A DNA stretch of 64,000 nt from Ignavibacteriales bacterium (GTDB taxonomy: Bacteria; Bacteroidota; Ignavibacteria; UBA10030; UBA6906), in contig JBBIRR010000001.1 in the NCBI GenBank assembly GCA_037441705.1, forward strand, positions 226,447 to 290,446. Reading direction: 5' to 3'. The notes under the pieces were generated by a model, which saw only the letters and a list, made by a program, of their open reading frames with translations, was not told the DNA's origin and did not search any database. Made by a program: the position numbers and the translations under genes. This document shows positions 51,857 to 61,918 of this stretch, piece by piece; the stretch's first letter is position 1, and every line of letters begins with the position of its first letter.

Positions 51857-53785
51857 TCACTTGTAACTGCGCTGCGTCGGCTTCACGTATTCAAACACCA
51901 GCGGTTCCTTGTGCAGCTTCTCCGGGGTACCGACGCCTTTGAATTCCCATGCAGCGACGTAGGAGAATTTCGCGTCGTTGCGCTTCGCCTCGCCTTCCTC
52001 TGTCTGATATTCTTCGCGGAAGTGGCCGCCGCAGGACTCCTCACGATGCAGCGCGTCCACGCACATCAGTTCGGCAAGCTCCAGAAAGTCCGCAACGCGA
52101 TGGGCCTTCTCCAGTTCCTGGTTGAAGGAATCGGCACTGCCGGGAATGAGAACGTTGCGCCAGAACTCTTCGCGCAGCCGGGGAATTTCCTCCAGAGCCT
52201 CCTTCAAGCCTGCTGCGTTGCGCGCCATGCCGCACTTGTTCCACATGATCTTTCCGAGCTGCTTGTGGATTTCGTCAACCGGTTTTTTCCCACGTACATT
52301 CATCAGCTTCTCGGTCATCGCCGTCAGTTCGCGTTCGGCATCGCGGAACGCCGCGTGGTTCGCGTCCACTTTCGGGAACGTGTTCGACGCAAGATAATCG
52401 CCGATGGTGTACGGAATGATGAAGTAGCCGTCGGCGAGTCCCTGCATCAGTGCGCTGGCGCCGAGCCTGTTGGCACCGTGGTCGGAGAAGTTCGCCTCCC
52501 CGAGAACGAACAATCCGGGGATCGTACTCATCAGATTGTAATCAACCCATAGGCCACCCATCGTGTAATGCACCGCCGGGTAAATGCGCATGGGCTGCTC
52601 GTAGGCATTCTCGCCCGTGATTTGCTGGTACATATCGAACAGATTGCCGTATTTTTCCACCACCCACTGCTTGCCCAGCCGTTTGATCGTATCGGCAAAA
52701 TCCAGATACACGGCCAGACCCGTGGGTCCGACGCCGTGCCCTTTGTCGCACATTTCTTTTGCGCGACGCGACGCGACGTCACGCGGAACAAGATTGCCGA
52801 ACGACGGATACAGCCGCTCGAGGTAGTAATCCCGTTCATTTTCAGGAATATCGTTCGGATGGCGCTTATCGCCCGGCTTCTTCGGCACCCAGATACGGCC
52901 GTCGTTGCGCAGACTTTCACTCATGAGCGTGAGCTTCGACTGATGCTCGCTCGACACCGGAATGCACGTCGGATGAATTTGTGTGAAGCAGGGGTTGCCG
53001 AAGAACGCGCCCCGCTTGTGTGCGCGCCAGGTCGCCGTCGCGTTGCACATCATGGCGTTCGTCGAGAGGAAAAACACATTGCCGTACCCGCCCGTCGCAA
53101 GAATCACCGCGTCGCCGACAAACGATTCGAACTTTCCGTTGATCATATTGCGGGCGATGATGCCGCGCGCCTTCCCATCAATCACCACCAGATCGAGCAT
53201 CTCGCGACGCTCGTAGAACTTCACGTTGCCAAGCCCGATCTGGCGGCACAGGGCGGAGTAGGCTCCGAGCAGCAACTGCTGGCCCGTTTGGCCGCGGGCG
53301 TAAAACGTTCGCGAGACCTGCGCGCCGCCGAACGAGCGGTTGTCCAACAGCCCGCCGTACTCCCGCGCAAACGGCACGCCCTGCGCTACACACTGGTCAA
53401 TAATGTTGTTGCTGACCTGTGCAAGGCGATAGACGTTGGCTTCCCGCGCTCGGTAATCTCCCCCTTTCACCGTGTCGTAGAAGAGCCGCCAGATGCTGTC
53501 GCCATCGTTGGGATAATTTTTCGGAGCGTTGATGCCTCCTTGCGCAGCAATGCTGTGCGCACGCCGCGGGGACTCGTGATAGCAGAGCGCGGTGACGTTG
53601 TAGCCCAACTCGGCAAGCGACGCGGCGGCGGACGATCCGGCCAGCCCCGTCCCCACCACGATGATGTGATACTTCCGCTTGTTCGCCGGATTCACCAGCT
53701 TCAGATTGAACCGATGATTGTCCCACTTCTGCTGGATGGGACCTTCAGGGATTTTCGAATTCAGTGTCATAGCAACTCGTTCCAT
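51857..53785 (-). CDS. sdhA: Succinate dehydrogenase/fumarate reductase flavoprotein subunit
   Basis: FAD-binding [13 protein letters not shown]. Covalent-FAD His region (SIAAQGG) and the catalytic domain. 642 aa, Bacteroides/Bacillus type. Confidence 0.9.
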   Translation of the reverse strand: MERVAMTLNSKIPEGPIQQKWDNHRFNLKLVNPANKRKYHIIVVGTGLAGSSAAASLAELGYNVTALCYHESPRRAHSIAAQGGINAPKNYPNDGDSIWRLFYDTVKGGDYRAREANVYRLAQVSNNIIDQCVAQGVPFAREYGGLLDNRSFGGAQVSRTFYARGQTGQQLLLGAYSALCRQIGLGNVKFYERREMLDLVVIDGKARGIIARNMINGKFESFVGDAVILATGGYGNVFFLSTNAMMCNATATWRAHKRGAFFGNPCFTQIHPTCIPVSSEHQSKLTLMSESLRNDGRIWVPKKPGDKRHPNDIPENERDYYLERLYPSFGNLVPRDVASRRAKEMCDKGHGVGPTGLAVYLDFADTIKRLGKQWVVEKYGNLFDMYQQITGENAYEQPMRIYPAVHYTMGGLWVDYNLMSTIPGLFVLGEANFSDHGANRLGASALMQGLADGYFIIPYTIGDYLASNTFPKVDANHAAFRDAERELTAMTEKLMNVRGKKPVDEIHKQLGKIMWNKCGMARNAAGLKEALEEIPRLREEFWRNVLIPGSADSFNQELEKAHRVADFLELAELMCVDALHREESCGGHFREEYQTEEGEAKRNDAKFSYVAAWEFKGVGTPEKLHKEPLVFEYVKPTQRSYK

Positions 53786-54442
53786 TTAGAATGCAAAAAG
53801 AAAGTAGAGAGGAATGATGGCGAATGCGACGGGAATGATGAGCCAGAACACGACGCCGATGGCATGAATGAGCTTCTGAAATTTCCCGACACGAAGTCCC
53901 AGCGTTTGAAACGCCGACTGGAATCCGTGTTTCAAGTGAAGGGCAAGAAACACCAACGACACCATGTAGAACGCCACGTAGCCCGGCCGAGCAAACGCTT
54001 CCTTGATCAGTTCAATCATGGGGCGATGGTCGAAGAAGCGCGATTGGACAAAGAAGGTATTGACATGGACGACGAGGAAAACGCCGACAAGGATGCCCGT
54101 GAACCAGACAAAACGCGACGTCCACGTGCTATTCTCCCGCGCGCGATTCACTTCGTAGCCAATCGGACGCCTGCGGCGGTTCAGCAGTTCCAAATACAAT
54201 CCCAACACGGCGTGCACCAGGAAGCCGGCAAACAACAGCCACTCCAACGGCCGAATGAGCGGATGGGTTGCCATGAAGTGTGCGTAGGTGTCGAACTCCG
54301 CACCTCCGTCGCTTTTGACCTGCAGCGCAAACAAATTGATTGTAAGATGAAGAACAAGAAAACTACACAGGAACAGCCCCGACAGCGACATCACCACTTT
54401 CCTGCCGACCGATGATTGAAGAAACTTCGCGGTTTTACCCAT
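53786..54442 (-). CDS. sdhC: Succinate dehydrogenase/fumarate reductase cytochrome b subunit
   Basis: Five-TM dihaem b-type anchor of the Bacteroides frdC type, with His ligands in TM helices. Contiguous with sdhA. Confidence 0.75.
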   Translation of the reverse strand: MGKTAKFLQSSVGRKVVMSLSGLFLCSFLVLHLTINLFALQVKSDGGAEFDTYAHFMATHPLIRPLEWLLFAGFLVHAVLGLYLELLNRRRRPIGYEVNRARENSTWTSRFVWFTGILVGVFLVVHVNTFFVQSRFFDHRPMIELIKEAFARPGYVAFYMVSLVFLALHLKHGFQSAFQTLGLRVGKFQKLIHAIGVVFWLIIPVAFAIIPLYFLFAF

Positions 54443-54738
54443 TGAGTATTCTTCCTACAATAATGGAATTTCTTCTGGATTCGTTGTGGATTAGATCTGC
54501 CGGTCCGCGGTGTGCGCGAACAGTATGTGCAGATGACATGGTAAGAACTGGTGAGCTAAGAAACTACAACAAGATAAGAAGGAACCGGAAATATTGCAAG
54601 GTCACGATTGAATCAGACAGGAAGCGGTGCCGCGGTCAGCCGGAGCAAGGCAACCCTTTGCATGTCAGCGACGCCGCGCGGAGTTTTTGTCTCTTGCCTA
54701 TGACCCGTGATCTGTTCGGCGGAACGATGAGCGAAGTG

Positions 54739-55344
54739 TCAGGCTCCGGTCGTGAGTAGTTCGGCGATTGCCTTAACCGTATTCCAGTTGCGCGTCGTAA
54801 CCGGCACCCCGAAGAGGCGGTCGATCATTCCTAAATAGCCGATCGTTTTCATGTGACGCCGATACATGCCGAAGATGAACCGATCCTTTCTGGCGACGAT
54901 CGTTACCAGCCACCGGCCGTTGGACGGAAACGTGATGGGCATCGCGGGCTTCAGGCGGGGACGCTGCACGAGGACACTCACAAAGTGAACAGTTCCCCGC
55001 CCAGCTCTCAGATCGCCAAAAGGATTTTGCGTCATCAGCCTGAGAATCTCCCTGCCCTGGCAGATGACAATGCACGCATCAAAGGGCAGTCTGCGTGTAA
55101 CCTCGGCACGGAGTCGTGCTCTGCTCACGGACTTGCGAACGACGAATGTACCCGCCGCGCGCATGTTGACGGCGTCGAATTGTTTGAGCTGTTCCGCGAG
55201 AAGCGTAGGTCGGAAGGTCTTGTGACCGCCCACGTTAACGCCTCGAATGAAAACCACAAGTGCCAAGGGTGTCCTTCTGTTGATGCATTGAGCATTCTCC
55301 CAACAGTCCCTCACAGATGCAGCACCGCAAGGGCAGCATAACAC
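54739..55344 (-). CDS. DUF1697-family protein
   Basis: LALVVFIRGVNVGGHKTFRPTLLAEQLKQF...VRK matches the DUF1697 N-terminal signature (IRGINVGG...K). Start codon uncertain. Confidence 0.55.
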   Translation of the reverse strand: MLCCPCGAASVRDCWENAQCINRRTPLALVVFIRGVNVGGHKTFRPTLLAEQLKQFDAVNMRAAGTFVVRKSVSRARLRAEVTRRLPFDACIVICQGREILRLMTQNPFGDLRAGRGTVHFVSVLVQRPRLKPAMPITFPSNGRWLVTIVARKDRFIFGMYRRHMKTIGYLGMIDRLFGVPVTTRNWNTVKAIAELLTTGA

Positions 55345-55415
55345 TGCGAGAAGCTACTACCTTCAATTCACAAACGCAAGGACCGTAGATGAGGCACGGA
55401 GGACGGGAAACGACG

Positions 55416-55447
55416 AAGCCCCGACGACCTCAGAGGTGTCGGGGCTT
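55416..55447 (-). terminator. Candidate terminator hairpin downstream of the Trp-rich lipoprotein gene
   Basis: 10-bp stem AAGCCCCGAC/GTCGGGGCTT with a 12-nt loop. The downstream tract on the minus strand is only weakly T-rich. Confidence 0.3.
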
Positions 55448-55533
55448 GGTGGAAAGGATTCGAGCTCTCCGCAGCATTACGAGCAGCGATGAGAGCGCGT
55501 CTGCGTTCATCCTTTCAACGTCGTGAAGAAAAA

Positions 55534-56070
55534 CTAAAAGCCTCCGTATCCCGGTGCGCGCGCATGAACGTCCCAGAAGTGTTCATTGCCAACCGTGCCC
55601 TGAGAGAAGATCACTTCGAACTGTCCCCAGATGGGGTAGCCGCCCTCTCTCCAGCACGGACTTTGTTCCAGTTCCGGCCCAACCCACACAATTTTATAGT
55701 GCCACACTTCACCGCTACCACCCGGAACTTGACCGTTCCAGTGGTTGTCGGTCCATGCATCACACGTCCACGGCTGCCCGTTGAATCGTGCTTCGTCCCA
55801 TGCGTTTGACCACTTCATGACAAGGTGGTCATTCGCATACGTCGGATCTCCCCAGACCGCGTTGTCCAGGTTGCGGTCAACACCATCGGCTCTGCCGACG
55901 AATATCTTCGCTGCATAGTTGTATCCGAATTCATCGAAGCCGTTCTTTGCCAGAGCCAAAGCATCATTTCGTTGAGTCGCTTCTGGCGTGGTTGCCATCT
56001 GATCATGGCACCCCACAATAGAAAGCAGAATGACAAGCAACAGAGAAAGTACAGCCAAAGTTTTTTGCAT
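55534..56070 (-). CDS. Hypothetical Trp-rich lipoprotein
   Basis: Lipobox SIVGCHD. 178 aa, Trp/Gly-rich, no recognisable domain. Confidence 0.45.
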   Translation of the reverse strand: MQKTLAVLSLLLVILLSIVGCHDQMATTPEATQRNDALALAKNGFDEFGYNYAAKIFVGRADGVDRNLDNAVWGDPTYANDHLVMKWSNAWDEARFNGQPWTCDAWTDNHWNGQVPGGSGEVWHYKIVWVGPELEQSPCWREGGYPIWGQFEVIFSQGTVGNEHFWDVHARAPGYGGF

Positions 56071-56614
56071 GATACCTCCTGTTGTATGGTGGTTGTTTGA
56101 TTGCGCCCCGTAAACAGGGCGTGGAATGTATAAATCTCTGATACGCGAAAGTAAAACCTCCGATTCGCAAAGCGTCCCAAGCGCTGTTTGCCGATCAGCG
56201 TTGGGAGAAGCGAATCATACAAGCATTGTTTAAGTCTATGAGAGGCCCCGCTTGACCTTCAAGGCGTCAGTGGCGGTTGAGAAGAAATGATTATGCAGAA
56301 GAACAGTTCGAGAGGGTTGAGGTTTCCCCTGACCCGGCATCACGTACCACATATATAGCAGCATTTGGGCCTTGCTGCAGAAAAACACCGCAAAGCGGGT
56401 CGCTTGGCGAAAAGCGCTATCAGATCATCTTGGGAGAAATATACAACAAAGCACGCAGCAGCGTCAACTGTGTGTGCCACTTTCCGCTATTCGTAGGAAT
56501 TCATCACGCGGACCTGACGAACGCCAAGCCTAAGGAAGCAGCTGAGCGTACACATGTTGAGATCGAGCACATGCACTCCGGGCACGCGTACTTTACGGAG
56601 TGCAGCAACGACGC

Positions 56615-58672
56615 TTAACCACGTTGTGACCTCCAGAAATCATACACAGCGTACTGAGAACGTAGAGGAGGCTGACGATCCACTGTCCTGATTCGATTCT
56701 CCAACTTCTTGGTGATGACTCGAGCCTTTACGGTATCGCTCCACTGAAGTTCAAGAATCCTGAGAATCTTCTCGCGGAGTGTGGGATCGTAGATGGGGAA
56801 GGCGGTTTCTATTCTTCGATCGAGATTCCTCCGCATCCAATCGGCGGACGAGAGATACACCAGCGGCTCGCCGCCGTTGCAAAAGACAAACGCCCGTGCA
56901 TGTTCGAGAAACCGATCCACGATGCTGACAACTTCGATGTTCTCACTCATGCGTTTGAGACCGGGGATGAGACAGCAGATGCCGCGAACAATCAGTCGAA
57001 TCTGTACCCCGTCGCAGCTTGCCGCATACAGTTTCTGGATGATGCCGGGGTCCTCGAGAGCATTCATCTTCGCGAGGATATAGGCTTCACGTCCTTTGCG
57101 TGCTTGCTTCGCTTCTCGCTCAATCAATAATTCCAGTCGCTCGCGCATGGTAAAAGGCGCCACGAGTAAATGGTCGAAGTGCCCCTTCTTCCGATTCCGA
57201 CACAGAATGCCGAAGACTGCTCGGACTTCGGTGGTAAGCCGCTCATCGGCGGTAAAGAAGCCGAAATCCGTGTAAAGCGCCGCAGCGTTCTCGTTGAAAT
57301 TGCCGGTGGCGAGATACGCATAGAATCTCGGCGCGTCTTTCTCCACGCGTTCAACGAGACAGAGTTTGGTATGAACTTTCATGTTGGGCAGACTGTAGTG
57401 CACGCGTGCACCGGCCTTCTCCAGCTCTTCCGCCCAGAAAATGTTCGACTCCTCGTCGAACCGGGCTTTCACTTCAACGAATGCGGTCACCTCTTTCCCC
57501 TGCCGCGCCGCGCGCAGAAGCTGTTCCACAACGTTCGAATTCCGCGCAACACGATATAACGTGATGTTGATCGAACGAACCGCAGGATCGTCCGCCGCCT
57601 CGCGCAGAAAGCGCAGCACGCCATCGTATGCGTGATACGGATAGTGGGCCAGGACGTCCCGTGCACGAATGTCCTCGAACACACTCCCATCGCCTGTGTA
57701 CACCGGCAGCGGTACCATCGGCTCATAGATGAGCGCGGGCGCTTTGGGGTTGGGAAGCGTGAAGAGATCGTTGAAGTTATGGTAGCGGCTGCCCGGCACC
57801 AGATCATCCTCAGCAAGCTGAAAATGCTTCTGCAGAAATTGCAGCATTCTCTTCGGCATGTCCGTATCGTAGAGGAACCGCGACGGGGGACCTTCGCTTC
57901 GTTTCTTCAGGGCCTTCTTCACCTTCTGGAGCAGGTCGCCGCTGAACTCGTCGCCAAGCTCCAGCTCCGCGTCTCGCGTCAGCTTCACGGCGTACGCGCC
58001 GAGCACGTCGTGTTGCGGGAATACATCGTGCAAGCAAAGGCGAATAACATCATCCAGAAACACAACATAATGCCGGCCGTCCTCAGAAGGCAGAAGATGG
58101 AATCGCGGCGTCAGCGTGGAGGGAATCTCTACCAACACATACTGCTCGCCTTCCTTTTTCGTTTCGGCGGATGGGCGGCGAAGATGGACAACAAGATATA
58201 AAGCGCGATTGTGAAGGAACGGCGGCTGCTTGTCATCGCTGAGAAAGACGGGGGAGAGAAGGGAAAGAATGTGCTCACGGAAGTAGTTGCGCAGATATGC
58301 TTTCTGGTGCTCGGTCAGCTCATGCTCGCGCACAAGAAAGATACCTTGCCGGGCGAGATCTTTCTTTACCCTGTTGCGAAAAATATCGCCGAACTCCTCT
58401 TGCTGCAGCCATACGGCTTTCAGCAACCGCTTCAGCAGCTTGTCGGGTGCGATGTCCAGTTGCTTCTGGGTCTTCTTCTTCAGGCGGTTGAGGGCACGCA
58501 GCGATGCAACACGCACGCGAAAGAACTCGTCGAGATTGGACGACCAGATGGCGAGAAACTTGATCCTCTCGTACAGGGGCACAGTCGGGTCCGCCGCCTC
58601 CTGTAACACGCGATGATTGAAGGCAAGCCAGGAGAGATCTCGGTTCTTGAGGCGAACGTTATCCGCATTCAT
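56615..58672 (-). CDS. ppk: Polyphosphate kinase 1 (full length, second copy)
   Basis: 685 aa with all four PPK1 domains (N-terminal NRDLSWLAFNHRVLQEA, PLD-like HTKLCLVER and ...ATGNFN). Clearly divergent from the copy at 1-1853. Confidence 0.9.
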   Translation of the reverse strand: MNADNVRLKNRDLSWLAFNHRVLQEAADPTVPLYERIKFLAIWSSNLDEFFRVRVASLRALNRLKKKTQKQLDIAPDKLLKRLLKAVWLQQEEFGDIFRNRVKKDLARQGIFLVREHELTEHQKAYLRNYFREHILSLLSPVFLSDDKQPPFLHNRALYLVVHLRRPSAETKKEGEQYVLVEIPSTLTPRFHLLPSEDGRHYVVFLDDVIRLCLHDVFPQHDVLGAYAVKLTRDAELELGDEFSGDLLQKVKKALKKRSEGPPSRFLYDTDMPKRMLQFLQKHFQLAEDDLVPGSRYHNFNDLFTLPNPKAPALIYEPMVPLPVYTGDGSVFEDIRARDVLAHYPYHAYDGVLRFLREAADDPAVRSINITLYRVARNSNVVEQLLRAARQGKEVTAFVEVKARFDEESNIFWAEELEKAGARVHYSLPNMKVHTKLCLVERVEKDAPRFYAYLATGNFNENAAALYTDFGFFTADERLTTEVRAVFGILCRNRKKGHFDHLLVAPFTMRERLELLIEREAKQARKGREAYILAKMNALEDPGIIQKLYAASCDGVQIRLIVRGICCLIPGLKRMSENIEVVSIVDRFLEHARAFVFCNGGEPLVYLSSADWMRRNLDRRIETAFPIYDPTLREKILRILELQWSDTVKARVITKKLENRIRTVDRQPPLRSQYAVYDFWRSQRG

Positions 58673-58692
58673 CGCTCGTTGCTCCTTTCGGT

Positions 58693-59370
58693 TCAGCGAT
58701 CAAGGAGAAGGTGCTCGTGTTCTCCATGCAGCTTCCGCAGCGCGAGACCCGGATGCGCGAAGTAGCGTTGAAAATTCTTTTTGCGTTCCGGCCACTCGGT
58801 ATCGATCATGGCAAACCATGCCGTGTCACGGTTCTCTCCTTTCACCACCATGTGCTGCCGGAAAAGGCCTTCGCAGGAAAAGCCTAAGCGCAGCGCTGCG
58901 TACTTGCTCGGCTCATTGCGGTTATCACACTTCCATTCCACTCTGCGGTATTGAAGGGCATCGAAAAGATACGAAAGAAAGAGGTATGTCGCCTCCGTGT
59001 TCACGATCGTTTTTTGCACAAGCGGGCTGTACCAGATGTTGCCTAATTCGGCGCGTCCGTGCCGTGTGCTCACATTCATGATGGCGTACATCCCCACGCA
59101 TCGCCTGTGATCTTTGCTGACGATGGTAAAGAACAACGGATCGCGACTGACGACGCAGGAGCACAGCCACGTGTGCATTTCCTCTTTGCTGGCGAATGGC
59201 CCGTAGGACATGAATCGCCACAATTCTCTGTACTGCTCGGTTGCGTGGGAGAGTTCGTACAGATCATCAACGTCTGCGTCGGGATTCAATCGTCGTGCGA
59301 GCACGTGCTTGCCCTCGAGGCGTTCGACGTCGGGTGCCGGCCATTCCGTCCGCGAGATGATCGTGCCCAT
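58693..59370 (-). CDS. GNAT-family N-acetyltransferase (RimL/Acetyltransf_3-like)
   Basis: Acetyltransf_3-like layout with an acetyl-CoA-binding region (RVEWKCDNRNEPSKYAALRLGFSCEG). Confidence 0.65.
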   Translation of the reverse strand: MGTIISRTEWPAPDVERLEGKHVLARRLNPDADVDDLYELSHATEQYRELWRFMSYGPFASKEEMHTWLCSCVVSRDPLFFTIVSKDHRRCVGMYAIMNVSTRHGRAELGNIWYSPLVQKTIVNTEATYLFLSYLFDALQYRRVEWKCDNRNEPSKYAALRLGFSCEGLFRQHMVVKGENRDTAWFAMIDTEWPERKKNFQRYFAHPGLALRKLHGEHEHLLLDR

Positions 59371-59376
59371 CGTGCC

Positions 59377-60516
59377 TCACTCCACACAAAAACCTATTGC
59401 ACGAAACATCTGCGCCGCGGTTGCCTCCAATCCGTTTCCATCAACAACGTAGTGATGAAACTCCCAGCGTACCGGGTAGCCCGAGCGCAGGCGGCGAAAG
59501 TAATCCGCTCGCTGCTCCGCGGGAAGCGTGATACTCTTTCGCAGTGCCTCGTCGTCCCTGAGGATATTATAGCAAGCATGCACAGCGCTGCGGAGCAGTT
59601 TTTCCGGATCGCGCTCGCCGGCAGGCAAGACAATCGGAAGTTTCGATGGCCTCCTTTCCGATGCAGGAAGATCAGGGCGGACACCGCAGAACATCCCCAG
59701 TGCCTCCTGCAGCATGCGCGTTGCATTGAGTTTGCCATCGTGCGAGTATCCCGCGATATGCGGCGTGGCGATGGCCGCCTGCTCGAGCAACTCGATGTCA
59801 ATTGCCGGCTCGTTCTCCCACACATCGAGCACACATGCATCCAGACGGCGCGACCGGAGGGCGTGTTTGAGGGCGAGCGTATCAACAACCGCCCCGCGCG
59901 ATGTATTGATAAGAATCGCTCCACGTTTCATTGCCGCGAGCCGACGTTCGTCGAAAAGATGAAACGTTGCGTCCTGCCCCACGTGCGTGAGCGGCACATG
60001 CAGCGACACGATGTCCGCCTCCATCAACGCGTCCAGCGGCAGATAGCGAGGATCGCCCGTTTGTCGCGCTAACGGCGGATCATTGAGCAGAACGCGCATG
60101 CCGACCGCTTCCGCTTTCCGCGCCGTACGACTCCCCGTGTTGCCGTGTCCGACGATGCCGAGCGTCTTCCCGCGAAGAGCAAAGCCTCGCACCGCAGCAA
60201 GCTCCAGCAATGCAGCAAGGACATATTCTGCGACGGAGTTGGCATTACTCCCCGGACAGCTCGCAAAGGCGATGCCCTGCCGCTTCAAGTAAGCGAGATC
60301 AACATGATCGGTGCCGATGGTGGCTGTGCCGACGAAACGGACGCGCGTTCCATCGAGCAGAGCCGCGTCCACCTTCGTCTCGGAGCGGATCAGGATTGCA
60401 TCGGCGTCTTTGATCCGCTCTCGCGTTAGCTGCATCGTGGGGACAACCTGAACATCGCCGAAGCAATGAAACGCCTCTATGGCATGAGGAATCTTACTAT
60501 CAGCAACAATGTGCAT
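59377..60516 (-). CDS. pdxB: Erythronate-4-phosphate dehydrogenase (PdxB-type D-2-hydroxyacid dehydrogenase with C-terminal dimerisation domain)
   Basis: NAD-binding GIVGHGNTGSRTA. Catalytic R/E/H (TSRGAVVD...HIAGYS). PdxB-specific C-terminal extension. Confidence 0.75.
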   Translation of the reverse strand: MHIVADSKIPHAIEAFHCFGDVQVVPTMQLTRERIKDADAILIRSETKVDAALLDGTRVRFVGTATIGTDHVDLAYLKRQGIAFASCPGSNANSVAEYVLAALLELAAVRGFALRGKTLGIVGHGNTGSRTARKAEAVGMRVLLNDPPLARQTGDPRYLPLDALMEADIVSLHVPLTHVGQDATFHLFDERRLAAMKRGAILINTSRGAVVDTLALKHALRSRRLDACVLDVWENEPAIDIELLEQAAIATPHIAGYSHDGKLNATRMLQEALGMFCGVRPDLPASERRPSKLPIVLPAGERDPEKLLRSAVHACYNILRDDEALRKSITLPAEQRADYFRRLRSGYPVRWEFHHYVVDGNGLEATAAQMFRAIGFCVE

Positions 60517-60640
60517 GGAAGAGGAAGATGCGTGGTTTCCCTCAATGATACAGGATTCCTAAACTTCCCGCAAGAAAGGATGGTGAACCGAAGAGGAAAC
60601 AGGAAGGCCCGGCAAGTAATCCGAGCCTTCCTTCGGTAGG

Positions 60641-60790
60641 TTACTTACAGCAAGATGGATACTGAGGACAAAGTGGCGTTCCGATCAACGGACACGCCTC
60701 CGCGCTCGATCGTATGCTTGCACCGGGGAATGTCATCGCACTCAGTGTGAGAATGACTGCTCCGAATAACACGGCAGCTCCGCGCTTCAT
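60641..60790 (-). CDS. Small Cys-rich secreted peptide (49 aa), unlisted ORF
   Basis: My own translation of the minus strand gives MKRGAAVLFGAVILTLSAMTFPGASIRSSAEACPLIGTPLCPQYPSCCK*, a signal peptide followed by a four-Cys mature region. The ATG overlaps the TGA of the upstream ORF (ATGA). An AAAGGAGGTG sequence lies 7 nt upstream. Confidence 0.3.
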   Translation of the reverse strand: MKRGAAVLFGAVILTLSAMTFPGASIRSSAEACPLIGTPLCPQYPSCCK

Positions 60791-61314
60791 TCGTATTCAC
60801 CTCCTTTCTCTTCACGTTGGTTGACTGCATTCAGCGAATTACGTAACCATGCAAGCTCATCAATCAGCTCTTTCAAACCCAAGGTGGAGAATTCATGTCG
60901 GAGGAACTGTAAGCGTTCCGCATCATCGCAGTCGCCCGGACAAACGGCCAGCCGCTCTGCCAGTCCCAGACAAACGCCGACGATCAACATGATGAACCAC
61001 CACGTTTGCCAGAAGGGCGGGTTGATCGTGAACGACAGCGAAGCGGGCTGCGGACTGTGAATCCCGGCCGCATTGAGAGAGACTACCTCGAACGTATACG
61101 AAACCGAGTGCAGCGCGGGAAAAGCTACAACGCGGTTACTAGCAGCACGTGGACAATCAATATGAGCGCTCGGTATTGCACGCGACAAGCCTTCTGAAGG
61201 AACGGGCTGAACTAACGATAGAAAATGCAAGGTGCATGGGCAAGCTGGACCGGCGCGGTACCGTTCCTGCTGTTTTATTAGGAATTTTCTTATACTGCGT
61301 CCAGACGTGATCAT
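60787..61314 (-). pseudogene. Fragment resembling the Y_Y_Y domain-TM-linker region of a hybrid two-component sensor (gene remnant or truncated stand-alone protein)
   Basis: HSVSYTFEVVSLNAAGIHSPQPASLSFTINPPFWQTWWFIMLIVGV matches the Y_Y_Y C-terminal strand plus PPWWQTWWF-type TM helix of HTCS sensors. There are no periplasmic propeller, kinase or REC domains. The N-terminal 70 aa look non-protein-like. The rhodanese gene on the opposite strand leaves no room for a full-length sensor. Confidence 0.4.
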
Positions 61315-61330
61315 TACTTTGTCAAACCCA

Positions 61331-61672
61331 ATGGGACACTCGATGCCTCACCCTGTCAAAACCGTCACCGTTGAAGAGCTGAAGAGGATGATGGATGAGA
61401 AGAAAGATTTTCAGCTGATTGACGTGCGCGAGAAAGACGAAAAGGACTTCTCGGATATCGGCGGTGAGTTGATTCCGATGGGCACCATTCTCGATCACGT
61501 CGCCGCGATTCGCAGAGACGTCCCGGTTGTGGTGTATTGTCGCAGCGGCAACCGCAGCGGAAGGGTAGTTTCGTTCCTTCAGGAGCAGTACGGGTATACC
61601 AACCTGTACAATCTCGCCGGGGGTATCTTAGCGTGGGCAGACCGAATTGACCCACGCGTCAGGAAGTATTGA
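61331..61672 (+). CDS. Rhodanese-domain sulfurtransferase (single domain)
   Basis: Start at MGHSMPH (ATG 61331). The active-site loop CRSGNRS and flanking rhodanese fold (FQLIDVREKDE...VVVYCRSGNRSGRVVSFL). Confidence 0.8.
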   Translation: MGHSMPHPVKTVTVEELKRMMDEKKDFQLIDVREKDEKDFSDIGGELIPMGTILDHVAAIRRDVPVVVYCRSGNRSGRVVSFLQEQYGYTNLYNLAGGILAWADRIDPRVRKY

Positions 61673-61918
61673 GGAGCGAAGTCCGCAGTAAGCCTTCCAC
61701 CGCTCCACGTAGAAACGCCGCCCCGTTTTTCTTCCGCCGACACACTCGCGCATGCGGAACGCATGAAGCATGTGCCGTCCGCGCTACGCGAATTCCTTCC
61801 ACAATGTGTCACACACACAGAATCTGTCGGGTGGCATAGGTGTTGCCGTTCCCCTTTTTCCCGCGATGCATCAGCGCGCGGGCAATCCACATCTTACAAC
61901 CAATCAACGGGAGGGTGT

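Noticed and set aside
51028-54415. Plus-strand ORFs 51028-51816 (262 aa) and 52568-54415 (615 aa)
   Set aside because: Antisense to sdhB, sdhA and sdhC, all of which have unambiguous cofactor-binding motifs on the minus strand.
56277-56618. 113-aa plus-strand ORF in the 544-bp spacer upstream of the second ppk
   Set aside because: No start context or domain, and it overlaps the ppk 3' end on the opposite strand. The spacer may instead hold regulatory elements, but nothing definable was seen. No tRNA-like T-arm was found.
59059-60072. 337-aa plus-strand ORF
   Set aside because: Antisense to the GNAT and pdxB genes, with a His/Arg-rich low-complexity translation.
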